DNA of 63,917 nucleotides, filler included, from Basidiobolus ranarum (GCA_040143965.1; 53 parts of 53 records of this genome joined end to end with filler, not necessarily neighbours in it); one strand, 5' to 3'; shown: positions 25,442 through 38,728, numbered from the whole stretch's first letter. A program made the numbers and translations. Notes: generated from the sequence alone by a model not told the origin.

Positions 25442-26550
25442 CAGTATTCAAATGGGGGCACAGCTTGGGAAGCAAGATCTGACAAGTTGTCTTTGGAGTT
25501 TGTGGTAGCAAGGCTAATGGATCAACATCTCAGAAGTAAGAATTTGGAAACAGAATCTGAAAAAGTGGCTGTTTTGGGAGCTGGAAAACATAGCTGTGGC
25601 AAGTACAAAGGTCCCTGAAGAAGGAAACCAGGTTTATGCCATGGTTGTATCAAACCAGGACATCAGATAAAAGATTGCAAATCAAGAAATTACAACAAAA
25701 ATGAGAAGTCAGAACCAGCAAATCAGGTCTCAACCAAAGAGGAAGTTTTATTCATTTCTGCCCTATCAGTGACCTCTGAACAAGATTGTGGGTTGTAGTA
25801 TATTGATTCTGGAGCCTCTCAACATTTCTCTAATCAAAAAACCTGGTTTAAGACACTCAAAACTGACATAAACAAGAAGGTTTATATGGGAGATGACCGG
25901 CCACTAGAAGCTCTGGGAGTGGGAGAAATTGAAGTGAATCTTGGGGACATCTCTAGAGACATGTATTTGACATGAAAAATGTGCTGTATGTGCCTGGGAA
26001 AGCAAAACATTTGCTACCAGTGAGTAAAGCTACATCTGAAGGATAATGCTTTAATTTTGATCAAAATGGCTGTATAATCAGGGATCAAAATGGGAATCAT
26101 GTAGCTTCTAGAGCTAAGCAAAATAACTTGTAAAAGCTTCATTACATCAGGCCAATATATGAACAAGTTAATACTGCCACAGTTGAAGAGATAGACTAGA
26201 AAATCTGGCACAGGAGATTGGGTCATCTAGGAGCTGAAAGTGTGAGAAATTTGATAAAAAGCAAGATGGTTTTGGGACTAAACTTTTTAATTCCACCAGA
26301 TTTGGAGCTATGTGAAGGTTGCCTATATTGTAGGCAACATAGACAGCCATTTGTGAGCTCTGGAATGAGCAAAATGGATCAAAAATTGGGCCTGATACAC
26401 CTAGATCTGTGTAGCCCAATGCAGACAAAATCCTTAGGCAGAAAAAGGTATTTCATTGCCTTTATTAATGATAAGACAAAGTATACTTGGGTGTACTTTC
26501 TGGCTAGTAAGAATGAAGACTTTGATACCTTCAAGAAGCTTGAAGTAACG
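25442..26550 (+). mobile_element. Copia gag knuckle - protease - integrase, degenerate
   Basis: CHGCIKPGH, YIDSGASQHF, WHRRLGHL, LIHLDLCSPM. Confidence 0.9.
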
Positions 26551-26779
26551 NNNNNNNNNNNNNNNNNNNNNNNNNNNNNNNNNNNNNNNNNNNNTTAATT
26601 AATTAANNNNNNNNNNNNNNNNNNNNNNNNNNNNNNNNNNNNNNNNNNNNTTCTTCCAGAGAGTCTGGGACATGCAAACCAACTACTGGAATGCATTACA
26701 AGATGGTGCTCAGATAATATTATGGAAATCAATATTGCAACGTCAGGCTTTATTGGACCCTCTCAGGAATGGAAACTCT

Positions 26780-27645
26780 CCCTAACAAAAATAACATTGA
26801 TTTGATCCGGATTGGATCCACCCTCTGAAATAGCAAAACCGTCAGAGAACCATCACAATATTGTTGGCTTGCATTCTGCCAGGTATTTGATTGTGTGACA
26901 GCAGTTTCTTGACAGTATCTTAACATTATTCATACATGTTAAAATATTTATCCTCAAATTTGGCATGCGTTATTCAATATCCAGCAATTTTTGCAAAAAT
27001 ATAATTTTGGAATGGCAAATTACTGGGCTTACAGCTGTAGGAATTTGAATTTATATGCATGCCATTATTTAGATGTTTTAGGCTTTGTATTCTAGCCATG
27101 ATGAGAATCAAAAAATACACAAATCTCATTGTGTTTAGTCTCTACATATGCACATATTTGCCTGATTAGACATAACTTAACAACATCAATATGCTTTACC
27201 AGCAAACTAATGGTGGAAAAATTGCTAAACATCTGAAATTTTGAATAGCACTGACACTTGGCAAATAGCTGACTCTTGTTATCATTCACAATGCAAATAA
27301 GCTCTTGGATTTGGCAAATTTCCATAAAGAATTCAGCCAATATATCCCTGACTTGCAGTCAACAAATGTCCTGCTACAAGTAGATATGTCATTGCTTGAA
27401 TAGATTACCCCATGGCTAAAATAATAATACTGTGTATCTGGATCTATCTCACCAAGAAGTCTGTCTTGCAACTTTCCTAAAAAAACTGTCAGATTTTTAA
27501 ACAAGCAAATTAGTCCAATTATTAGAGATACTTACTCTGTGTCCATGGATTGGGCTTTGTTGCTGTTATTGTGCTCAAATAATGCAAAAACCCATGAGCA
27601 CATTGAAAAGAGTCCTTTGTTGGCAGATTAATATACTCTGGAGTC
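26780..27645 (-). mobile_element. CMC right end and transposase C-terminus
   Basis: CCCTAACAAAAATAACATTGATTTGATCCGG terminus. Confidence 0.8.
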
Positions 27646-28003
27646 TACGCGAGAATCAGTTCTTTTATTTTATTATTGATAATTAAACCAATTTCGCAAA
27701 AACGCCAAAATTTTATTTTTTTGTTAAAATTCATATATTTTCTGCAAAAAATGCGTAACNNNNNNNNNNNNNNNNNNNNNNNNNNNNNNNNNNNNNNNNN
27801 NNNTTAATTAATTAANNNNNNNNNNNNNNNNNNNNNNNNNNNNNNNNNNNNNNNNNNNNTTACCATTATGATAAATATATTGGAAACAGATCTTAGTGTT
27901 CGTAAAGTTTGGTCGATCATTGCCCGGGTGGTCTTGGCACTGATAATGCTGGGGCATATGGGGTTACCCAAGAGTGCATTTCCTCGACTCCCAACTATCT
28001 AAC

Positions 28004-28968
28004 CTATAGAAAACCACATTCCCGAAGGTTACTTTGAATGATGATGTCGTTGACCGCAGCCATAACGAAACCCATCTGTTGGGTATCAGTAGCACATGTC
28101 AAATGTGCATACACCTGTTTACGATTAGACTGATTTAAGGCTTTGAATCGCTCGGTGATGTACTTGCAAGCGGCATCGAAATCATTGCCACCTAGGAGTC
28201 TAAGTTAGATGTGTTGTGTTGAGGATTACTGAGATTAATGCTAGGTACCTTGGTAGTCTGGGAAGAAATCCTTCATTGGTGAGATGGATAGTTTTTCCTT
28301 CAGCAGGTCGATCTTGTTCAAAAACAAAATGATCGATGTCTTAATAAACCAGCGGGAGTTACAGATCGAGTCGAAAAGAGTCAACGCCTCTTGCATACGG
28401 TTCTATGGGAATAAAGACGTTGAGTATACTGAAAGATACTAGCAGTCACCACCACTCACGCTCTTAAGAATACACATACCACACTGTCGTCCTCGATGAG
28501 AGACTGGTCATACTCACTAATGGCAACCATGAACACAATGGCGGTTACATTTTCGAAGCAATGGATCCACTTCTTCCGTTCTGACCGTTGACCTCCTACG
28601 TCAAGTAGTCGATATGTTACATTGCCAATGGAGAAGGTTGTCTCGGTAATTCCAGTAGTTTTCACTCTTGATCTCAATACGTCTTGATCGTTGGGGACAT
28701 AGTCCGGCTGACCAATACGGTCTATACTATCAAAATAGCTATCACAAAAATATTTGAGCCCTGATCTCTCTCTCAAGATTATATCAAAATGAAGCTTACT
28801 ATTTGGCCGAGTCGTTCAATTGAAACTCTCGGGATCTATTGAAGCAGCTTTGGACTCCTTCATCTTTCCACAAGCACTTGATAGCCTCCGTTATCTCCGG
28901 GGCCAACCTCTCTCCCTCTATCTGGTCGGGAAGACCGAGCATTATATCGACGTAAGGATGGTTCTGTA
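28004..28968 (-). CDS. Heterotrimeric G protein alpha subunit, fungal group I (Gi-like); 5' truncated, three introns
   Basis: Motifs [41 protein letters not shown] and TCATDT; C-terminus LRECGFL*; GT-AG introns restore the frame. Confidence 0.95.
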
Positions 28969-29227
28969 NNNNNNNNNNNNNNNNNNNNNNNNNNNNNNNN
29001 NNNNNNNNNNNNTTAATTAATTAANNNNNNNNNNNNNNNNNNNNNNNNNNNNNNNNNNNNNNNNNNNNCTTGATTCCCTTTCACAAAGACCCAAGAGGCA
29101 AGAGACAGACCCATATTACAGTACATCCCAGAGTTATTCAACCATCATTATTGCACCCTGTGGACACCTCACAAAACCCTTAGGATGTTGCAATTATAGT
29201 TGCTGCTTACACCCTAAAACAACTACA

Positions 29228-29545
29228 ACGGTAGAGAGTAGGTTTGCTAGGCAGCTAGGCTTGGTGTTCTATAGGTGCTAGTGGATACTAGGCTTGGATA
29301 GAAATGAGAGGGGAATATTGAATTTGTTGAGAAACACTGAGTAGTGCCAAGATCCTATATTCATTGAGACACACAAAACAAAGAGGTTCAGTTAGCTTTA
29401 TTTATACTTTTTGATAGCAAAGTGAATTAGTCAGCACCAAGATATTAGAAGACTAATTCTGATCAAAGAAAATATGATTGGATAGATATATAGATAGATA
29501 AGTGACTCATGCAGTAGCTTAAGTCTTGGCAGTGAAAGATCATTG
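29228..29545. repeat. LTR family F (TGTTATGGTAGAGAGTAGG...), partial
   Basis: Matches 31043-31290 and 49579-50050. Confidence 0.7.
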
Positions 29546-29923
29546 TATTGGGAAAATATGTGCCACTTGGAGGAACTTCAGAAAAGTGAGTTATGAATAG
29601 CTTTGTGAGATAATTATTTATTGTCCAGAAATAGAGCATTTATATATTTTGGAGGAAATACAGAAAACTATCACTGGGGTTATGTTCAGATCATATGTGG
29701 GAGTAAAATGAGCTATCTTTGGGCATTTTAGACAAGTTTGAAATTTCCAATATGGAATTGCTAATTCTCACATTATTCACATATTTATATATAAAATATG
29801 TTCTGATTTGCGGCTAAGTGATATTTGACTAAGTAATGTAAACAAACTTATATGTGATATATGAAATAGTTTGATGTATAAAGATAGACATAACAAATAT
29901 GATAGACACAAAAAGCTTCCACA
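29546..29923 (-). repeat. Copia LTR family C, 3' LTR (378 bp, TG...TA), preceded by PPT TTGAGTGGGAG
   Basis: Same length and sequence family as 46238-46615. Confidence 0.85.
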
Positions 29924-29949
29924 CTCCCACTCAACTAAATATTCATTTA

Positions 29950-30176
29950 TCTTAATCCTAACTTGAATCTTATTTCTTTCAATTTTGGCGTGGGTAATGG
30001 TTTGGTAAGGATGTCAGCAATCATGTCCTCAGTTGGACAGTACTCCAGTTGGACCTACTTATTTGCAATAGCTTCCCTAACAAAGTGATGTTGAATATCA
30101 ATGTGCTTACTTCTAGCATGAAATTTGGAATTTTTAGCAAAAGAAATACAACTTTGATTATCCTTGAAAATTATGG
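29950..30176 (-). mobile_element. Copia RNase H C-terminus
   Basis: DNQSCI...FHARSKHIDIQHHFVRE...CPTEDMIADILTKPL. Confidence 0.92.
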
Positions 30177-30276
30177 NNNNNNNNNNNNNNNNNNNNNNNN
30201 NNNNNNNNNNNNNNNNNNNNTTAATTAATTAANNNNNNNNNNNNNNNNNNNNNNNNNNNNNNNNNNNNNNNNNNNN

Positions 30277-30900
30277 TTCTTCATATCAATTACAGTTTGA
30301 GTAAATGCAAAGCCTAGATATGTTGCATGGTTCATATGAAGAAGCTGAGTATCATAGAGGGAAATGGTGCAACCAATTGAAATTGTTTTAGTAATAGAAA
30401 GCTCAAGTTATTTTCTCAAAGGTATCTCTGAATAGTAGCAGTATCCAGCTGAGGCTCAGAAGTAGAAACTCTGATATCATCAGCAAACAAAGTAAGCTGG
30501 GATCCAAGGCACAGCTGAGGAAAATCATTGAGAAATATCACAAAAAGCAGAGGACCTAGCACTGAACCTTGAACCACACCATTGAGCACTGGGTATAGGC
30601 AGGAAGTGAATTCAGGATGGAAGATTGGGCTTTAGTGTCAATAAAGAGGGCTCTCACTAGCATAGTGAAGGACTTGGAAGTTAAAGACTGAGGCTTTCTC
30701 CACAGCAGACCTTGGTCTACTGAGTCAAAGGCTTTGGTGATATCAAAAAGAATGGTAGCTTGTGGATATAGCAAAGTATTGTCATGACTGAGTACCACAG
30801 CCATATCCAAGGAGAGCTTAGGAAGGAAACCAAATTAACTAGTGTGAAAGCATGGAAGCCTCTCATGGATGGATTTCACTAGGAGGAGCTCTGTTGTGTC
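30277..30900 (-). mobile_element. Non-LTR (LINE) reverse transcriptase fragment, degenerate
   Basis: LFDITKAFDSVD, then across a frameshift GVVQGSVLGPLLFVIFLND...LFADDI. Confidence 0.85.
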
Positions 30901-31042
30901 CAAGAGAAAAGTGGATAAAAAGTCTTGAACTTTACTGAACCAAAGAAACAGTTAAGTGCAGAATCTTAGAGCTGTTTAAGCAAGATATATCAGCAGAGCA
31001 GATCTAACTAATATATGTCTTGGGAATAGCAGTGGGTTGCTA

Positions 31043-31290
31043 TGTTATGGTAGAGAGTAGGTTTGCTAGGCAGCTAGGCTTGGTGTTCAGTAGTAGCTAG
31101 TAAATACTAGGCTTGGATAGGTATGAGAGGGGAATATTGAATTTATTGAGTAACACTGAGAAGTGTTGAGATCCAATATTTGATGAGACACACACTAAAC
31201 CAAACAGTTCAGTTAGCTTTATTTATACTTTTTCATAGCAAAGTGAATTAGTCAGCACCAAGATATTAGATGACTAATTCTGGTGAAGGA
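31043..31290. repeat. LTR family F, partial
   Basis: Starts TGTTATGG; matches 29228 onward and 49579 onward. Confidence 0.7.
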
Positions 31291-31296
31291 TAGGGT

Positions 31297-31384
31297 TGTT
31301 GAAATTATTTAGGGAGAAATATTGGTCTGGCCAGGAATTGAACCTGGGACCTCCTTCACTCTAGCAAGGTGCTCTAACCACTGA
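31297..31384 (-). repeat. Third tRNA-LTR copy (3' end), inserted in LTR family F
   Basis: TCAGTGGTTAGAGCACCTTGCTAGAGTGAAGGAGGTCCCAGGTTCAATTCCTGGCCAGACCA...AATTTCAACA, with no PBS following. Confidence 0.88.
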
Positions 31385-31484
31385 NNNNNNNNNNNNNNNN
31401 NNNNNNNNNNNNNNNNNNNNNNNNNNNNTTAATTAATTAANNNNNNNNNNNNNNNNNNNNNNNNNNNNNNNNNNNNNNNNNNNN

Positions 31485-32330
31485 ATTGCCTGGCTTCAAT
31501 ATCTCTTCCCCAATTTTCATCTGAATATCCCATCAGATCAAAGCTTGATCCAGAATATGTATATTTTAAGCACAGATTCACAGTATCTTTCAAATATCTG
31601 AAAATCTGCTTAACTGCTATGATTTGAACAGATCCATAATTTTGAAGATATTGGCACATAACTCCCTCAGAATATGCAATATTTGGCCATGTTCCAACCA
31701 TGATATATATCAAACTACCAACCATAGATTGATAAGGAAATTTCTGGCTTTCATTTGAATGCAAAAACATCTGTATTGAGCCATTTTTGGTCAAGTTGAG
31801 ATTTATCTCCATTAGAGTAGGTACTGGATTACATTCTTCCATTTTAAACTTCTTTAGTATATCTAGGATATACTTAGACTGGTTTAAAGTCATTGTTTTA
31901 GTAGTGCTATCTATCTTGATTTGGATTCCAAGATAGTGTATCAGTTGACCAAGATCAGTCATTTTGAATTTAGCAGATAAGCTGGATTGGGCTTTCTCCA
32001 AAGTCTTCAAGTCATTGGTTGCTATAATTAGGTCATCTTTATATAAGGCTAATAAAACTGGGTTTATCTTATTAGGCCTGAAGTACATACTGTAGTCAGC
32101 ATTACTCTTTTGGAATTCAAGTGTTTCCAAAAAAGCCTCTATCTCAATATTCCAAGTTCTTAGAGATTATTTTAAGCCATAGAGTATTTCCAGAGTCTGC
32201 AAACTTTTTTAGGATTTTCTGGGTCCACAAATCTGTCTGGCTGGTCAATATAGATCTCCTCAGCAAGCTCACTACTCATAAAAGCAGTTTCAACATATAT
32301 TTGATGTATAATAAACTGATATTTAGCCAA
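31485..32330 (-). mobile_element. Copia RT C-terminal half
   Basis: LYKDDLII, PYQSMVGSLIY, GYSDENWG. Confidence 0.9.
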
Positions 32331-32692
32331 AATTGCTAAAATCAATCAAATTGAATTAAACTTTGCTACAAAAGCAATGATATACATCTGTTGAAATTGG
32401 CATTGCCAAAACACCTATATAGTCATATATAGCTTGGTACTTAGTTATCTTATGTTTCACGGTGTTTAAAGTTAAGCAGCAAGCTGATGGATCTGTAGAG
32501 AGATATAAAGCCAGACTTGTGGCTAAAGGATACTCTCAAATGGAAGGAGTGGACTACAATGAAACTTTTGCTCCTGTAGCAAAGTTTAATTCNNNNNNNN
32601 NNNNNNNNNNNNNNNNNNNNNNNNNNNNNNNNNNNNTTAATTAATTAANNNNNNNNNNNNNNNNNNNNNNNNNNNNNNNNNNNNNNNNNNNN

Positions 32693-33800
32693 GTGTATCT
32701 TAATCCCATATCAATTGTCCCCTTCAAATATCTGAAAATCCACTTAACTGCTACATAATGCCCAGATGTTGGGTTTTGCACATGTTGGCTGACTACTCCC
32801 ACTGCAAAAGAGATATCTGGTTGGGTTCCAGTCATAGCATAGATCAAACTACCCACCATAGATTGATAAGGAAACTCAGGGCTTTTAAATGATATATTTT
32901 GAGCCATATTTGGCCAATTTTCATCATTTTGGATGGGATTTTTGACTAGTTTCACACCTGGATCCATGGGAGTTGCTACTGGCTTACAATTCTCCATCCT
33001 GTAACATCTGAGAATGTCTGAGATGTATTTAGATTGATTCAGAGTAATAGATTTGCTCAATATATCTGTATGGATCTGCAGACCTAAAAAATATGTAAGT
33101 TCACCTAAATTGGTCATCTTGAATTGGACTGATAGATCTCTTTTGGTGTTGCTGAGAGCTTCCTCATTATTGGTAGCTGTAATGAGGTCATCTACATATA
33201 AGGCAAGTATCACCTTACTGTCTTTATCTGTCTTAAAGTAGATCCCAAAATCCACCATACTCTTTTGGAAATCAAGTGATTCCAAGTATGTATCTATCTT
33301 AGTGTACCAGGCCCTGGGTGATTGTTTAAGTCCATACAGTGATTTTTGTAGCTTACACACGTCCTCAGTGTGCTCAGGATCTACAAGACTATCTGGTTGA
33401 TCCATGAATATATCCTCTTCCAAGTCCCCATTCAAAAACGCAGTTTTAACATCCATTTGATGGATTTTTAAGCTGTGTTTTGCTGCAACTGCTAGTATGG
33501 TTCTGATGGAATTAAACTCTGCTACAGGAGCAAAAGTTTCATTGTAGTCCACCCCTTCCATTTGAGAGTATCCTTTAGCCACAAGTCTGGCTTTATATCT
33601 CTCTACAGATCCATCAGCTTGCTGCTTAACTTTAAACACCCATTTGCATACAATTGATTTTTGGTCATCAGGTAACTTAACCAAAGTCCAAGTTTGGTTA
33701 TCTTTGAGTGACTCACACTCCTCTGCCATTGCAGAACTCCAAAAATTTGTGTTGGTACTCACCATAGCCTCTTGTACTGATTTGGGTTCATCAGGAAAGG
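32693..33800 (-). mobile_element. Copia RT (RVT_2), open across the contig
   Basis: ORF 32641-33765 contains all RVT_2 motifs. Confidence 0.95.
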
Positions 33801-33900
33801 NNNNNNNNNNNNNNNNNNNNNNNNNNNNNNNNNNNNNNNNNNNNTTAATTAATTAANNNNNNNNNNNNNNNNNNNNNNNNNNNNNNNNNNNNNNNNNNNN

Positions 33901-35007
33901 TATCTATCTTTATACACCTACGTATTTCATAAATCATATATAAGTTAGGTAAGATTACTTAGTCAACTATCACTTAACTGCTAACTGGAACATATATTAT
34001 ATATGTATGTGAATAATGTGAGAATTAGCAATTCCATATTGGAAATTTCAAACTCATCCAAATTGCCCCAAAGATGACTCATTTTACTCCCACAGATATT
34101 CTGAACACAACCCCAGTGTTAGTTTTCTGCATTTGCACTGAAATGTATAAATACTTTATTTCTGGACAATAAATAATTATCCCATAAAGCAATTCTCAAC
34201 TCCACTTTTCTAAAGTTCCTCCAAACAACCCATATTTTCCCAATACCTGCTAGCTCTTTCAGCAACTTCATCTTGTTGAGATGAATAAGGGGCAGTAGTT
34301 TCTTGCTTAATTCCATTAACTTTGCAAAAGTGCTTAAACAGTGTTGAAGTATATTCTCCACCATTATCATTACATATTTTCTTGATTTTAGTTCCAGTTT
34401 CAGTCTCCATAAGTGTTTTAGAATCTCTAAAGATAGAGAGAGCTTCTTCTTTTCTTTCCATAAAGTAGACCCAAGTGTATCCTGTATAATCATCAATAAA
34501 TGTTATGAAACATTGTTTTCTGCCTAAATATTAATTCTGCATAGGTTCACACAAATCTGAATGAATTGGATCCATTTTTTTGACAGATTTGATTAAACCA
34601 GAGCTCTTGAATGGTTGCCTGGCTTTTTTCCATATATACATCTCTTACAAATTTCCATTTGGTTGGGGTGTTAATTTGAATTCCAGAATTTAGGCAACCT
34701 TTGATCATTTTGTTCAAATAATCAAATCCAATATGGCCAAATCTCTTATGCCATAATTGAATAGTTTCTTGATTAGAATAACTTATATTCACACATAAAT
34801 CTCTTGGATTTTATGTCAGTTTGTATAAGTTCTGGTACTTTTCTCCCAAAGCTAAATAATTCCCATCTTGATCAGCAATGGTGCATCCTGACTTAACAAA
34901 ATTGAATTTTAGCCCTTCTGAGGTGGCCTTGCATAAAGATATTACATTCTTGTCAATATCTGGAACATGGAGTTCATCCTTAAAAGTATACACTCTCTCT
35001 TCAGAAG
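33901..35007. mobile_element. LTR family C (+, ending CAATA at 34245) inserted in Copia integrase (-)
   Basis: WHKRFGHIG and DNGGEY integrase motifs; LTR similarity. Confidence 0.85.
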
Positions 35008-35107
35008 NNNNNNNNNNNNNNNNNNNNNNNNNNNNNNNNNNNNNNNNNNNNTTAATTAATTAANNNNNNNNNNNNNNNNNNNNNNNNNNNNNNNNNNNNN
35101 NNNNNNN

Positions 35108-35583
35108 TTCAGTGCCGCTCAAAATTTCAGATGTTTAGCAATTTTTCCGCCATTAGTTTGCTGGTAAAGCTTGTTGATGTTGTTGAGTTATGTCTGATCA
35201 GCCAAGTATGTGCATATGTAGAGACTAAATACAACAAGATTCTTGTATTTATTGATTCTCATTATGGCTGGCATACAAAGCCTGAACTAACTAAATAAAG
35301 GCATGCATATTGTTTCAAATTCCTACTGCAGTAAACCGAGTTATATGTCATTCAAAAATTATATTTTGCAAAAATTGCCAGAAATTAATAACTCATATCA
35401 AATCTGTGGATCAATATTTTAACATGTATGAATACAGTTGTAATACTGTCAAGAAAACCGCCATTACACCATCAAAATCCCTGGCAGGATGCAAGCTATT
35501 GATATTGTGACAGTTCTCTGATGGTGTTGTGATCTAGAAGGATGGATCCAATACAGTGCAAATCCATTTAATTTTTGTTAGAG
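35108..35583 (+). mobile_element. CMC right end
   Basis: Family similarity; degenerate terminus TTTTGTTAGAG. Confidence 0.75.
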
Positions 35584-35656
35584 GATAGTGCATTGTGCCT
35601 ACAAAAACCTGAAAGTTTACTGATGGCAGGAGTATCAACAATACAAATGAGGATAT

Positions 35657-35839
35657 AGGACTTGTTTCATTTTGCCAAGTTTTATTGGACCTTTGATCAA
35701 TATATCAGAGTAAATGTGATTGAAATTGATCATGCCAGAGGGTATGGACAGTGCCAATTTGTGCCGCATAAATTTTAAAATACTTTATCCAATATGATAT
35801 ATATAGCACAATCTGGCACTATCACAAAGAACAAGTCCA
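35657..35839. mobile_element. Putative complete MITE, about 183 bp, TIR GGACTTGTT/AACAAGTCC
   Basis: 9-bp TIRs plus an internal inverted repeat; no TSD found. Confidence 0.5.
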
Positions 35840-35893
35840 TTAGGTTTAATAAAATATTCACCCATCTGAGCCCCATTAGATAATCATTCAAAT

Positions 35894-36214
35894 TATTTGG
35901 AAAATATGGGCTGTTTGGAGGAACTTTAGAAAAGTGGAGTTTTGAATAGCTTTGTGAGATAATTGTTTATTGTCCAGAAAAAAAGCATTTATACATTTTG
36001 ATGGAAATACAGAAAACTAACACTGGGGTTGTGTTCAGAACATCTGTGGGAGTAAATGAGCAATTTTTGGGGCAATTTGGACGAGTTTGAAATTTCCAAT
36101 ATAGAATTGCTAATTCTCACATTATTCACATATATATATATAATATATGTTCTGATTTTCAGCTAAGTGATATTTGACTAAGTAATGTTAACTAACTTAT
36201 ATGTGATATATGAA
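35894..36214 (-). repeat. LTR family C, partial
   Basis: Matches 29546 onward and 48096 onward. Confidence 0.85.
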
Positions 36215-37123
36215 NNNNNNNNNNNNNNNNNNNNNNNNNNNNNNNNNNNNNNNNNNNNTTAATTAATTAANNNNNNNNNNNNNNNNNNNNNNNNNNNNNN
36301 NNNNNNNNNNNNNNTATCTCTCATTCTTTAATATCAGGATAAAATTTTGGATATTCACCAAGTTCAAACATTGTTATCAATTACTTGCCTTTTGTTGTGA
36401 CAATTGTTACATTTGCTATCTGATTATTATGACATATCAGACTTTTATGTAGGCTTTGTGGTTGTGAATGTTGTCCATGAGGCTCCAAGTATCTCGACAA
36501 GTACAAACTATGTGACAACCAAAAAATTGGGAATATTCTTAGTCTCTTTAATTCATTGAGTGGGTATATATCTCGACAGCAATAAAAGTGTACCAGAACC
36601 AGAGAGAATAATGACTATCACCAATGATCTACTATGAAGTTGTATTATCGGACCAAAAAAGGTGCCAATTTCGGAGACAATCAACTGCCTCAAACAACCC
36701 AATAAGTTGCACACATATAGTGCATAAGCAAACCTCAACCTTCACCAAATTTCATGTTCACACCTTTCCTATACGCCCCGCAATCACCAAAACAGTCCAA
36801 GAAATAAACATATCTCCAGAACTGCTGGACAAATCATTGTTAAACTTAAGGGAAATACTTTCCTACTATTATTCTATCTTAAGTATATGTTTCGAAACGA
36901 ACTGACAGTGCAGACAAAAGGTAAAAGACATCGGAAACGGCATTGTTATATATATATTTCGAAATTATCACACTCCCAAATCCGGCAGGAATGCTACTCA
37001 ATTTCCACCTGATCAACCCTATGAAAATAGCGCAATCGAAATAAAGTTAATCAGTCAATTTTTCAGTGAACCAAGTCCCGAAATTGTACTCACCACAGGA
37101 AACAGGCTCAATACATCAACCAG

Positions 37124-37195
37124 GGCTCAATGGTCTAATCGTATGATTCCTCGTTCAGGTTGCGGAGGTCTCGAGTTCAATTGCCGGTTGAGCCC
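37124..37195 (+). pseudogene. tRNA-Pro-derived pseudogene
   Basis: Perfect acceptor stem GGCTCAA/TTGAGCC with C73 and a Pro-type TGGTCTA..GTATGATT D arm, followed by a T-rich tail. The D-loop GG, anticodon stem and T stem are damaged. Confidence 0.75.
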
Positions 37196-37521
37196 TTTGT
37201 TTTACTCACCGTATCTCATTTTTAACAGTGTAGCATTTAGAACAATAATCAATATCGGTGACAAAGCAGAGAATGTTAGAAGAAGTACGACAGAAATTCC
37301 CGGACATGGGAAGTTATTAAAGAAGTAAACACTTTATTCTCTGATCGGGTATTATTTAAACGTAAGAATGTATGACGCTTCATGATAATTTGGTGATATT
37401 TTCATCAATACATTCCAAAGTNNNNNNNNNNNNNNNNNNNNNNNNNNNNNNNNNNNNNNNNNNNNTTAATTAATTAANNNNNNNNNNNNNNNNNNNNNNN
37501 NNNNNNNNNNNNNNNNNNNNN

Positions 37522-38628
37522 AGTGGAGAGATTGGCAGAGATACACAATGTATGGAGGAGACTTTTCCAGAATTTGGAAGCAAATGAGGTCCTTGGTCAG
37601 AGATAATAGTTTCAGGGAGGCCATGTAGGTGGAAGATGATTTGAGTTATCAATTCTGCTGTTTGTTTTGCATCAATTGACTTGTTGCAGGGCACAAAGTG
37701 GGCCATCTTTGTTAGATGGTTAATAATTACCAGAATTGAATCATATTTGGCAGGCATGGGTAAATCAGTTATGAAATCCAGGTATATGGATTTCCACTGC
37801 TGATCAGGAATAGTAAGTGGCTGTAGGAGGCCATAGGGCTGATTTCTTGGAGTCTTCACTTGAGCACAAGTATCATAGGTGGAAACTTAAGTCTTGACAA
37901 ATGCAAACATTTTGAGCCACCAATAATCCCTGGATGTCAACTGATATGATTTGGCAACACCAAAGTGTCCTGCTAGTGGGGAGGCATGTCTTTTGCGCAT
38001 GATATTGAGTCTGGAAGTGTGGTCTGGAATGTAAAGGCACCGCTTATAAAACAAGAGATCAATGATGATAGAGACATTGTGGTACAAGTTCAAGCCTGAG
38101 AGGTCTTTGGGTGTTTCCTGGGCTTTCTTGATTGATATTACCAATGGGTCTTCAGATTGAAGTTTGCAGATGTCTTCATGGAATGTGCTTGAACTAGGCA
38201 GAGAAAGGGCAGTTGCACTAATTTGAAGTTGGTGGGGCTTCAGTAAGGAAGTATTTTGTTGGCCAAAGGCCTCATCCCCTTCTTTAGGCTGATATTCTGC
38301 TCTATGTGATAAGGCATTGGGTTTTCCTTGCTGGCTACCTGGTTGATATGTAATCACAAGATCTAAACTGGCAAGAAATAATGACCATCTTGCTTGATGA
38401 TGGTTGAGAACCTTGGTTGTACTAAAATACTGAAGATTCCTGTGATCACAATAAACTGTGATTTTGCAATTTGCTCCATTCAAGTATTGTTGCCATTGTT
38501 CAAACGCAGCAATAATTGCTAATAGTTCCTTGTCATAGATGTCATAGTTGATTTCTGCAGCAGAGAACTTTCTTGAGTAAAAGGCAACAGGGTGCAGTAA
38601 GTTGTCATCATCAAACTGTGAAAGTACT
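37522..38628 (-). mobile_element. Gypsy (Tf2-like) RNase H - integrase
   Basis: YDIYDKELLAI, VYCDHRNL, HASPLAGHFG, GLLQPL...LDFITDLP. Confidence 0.92.
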
Positions 38629-38728
38629 NNNNNNNNNNNNNNNNNNNNNNNNNNNNNNNNNNNNNNNNNNNNTTAATTAATTAANNNNNNNNNNNNNNNN
38701 NNNNNNNNNNNNNNNNNNNNNNNNNNNN

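Noticed and set aside
26651-26779. Possible LINE RT remnant (QLLECITRWCSDNIMEIN)
   Set aside because: Too short to call with confidence.
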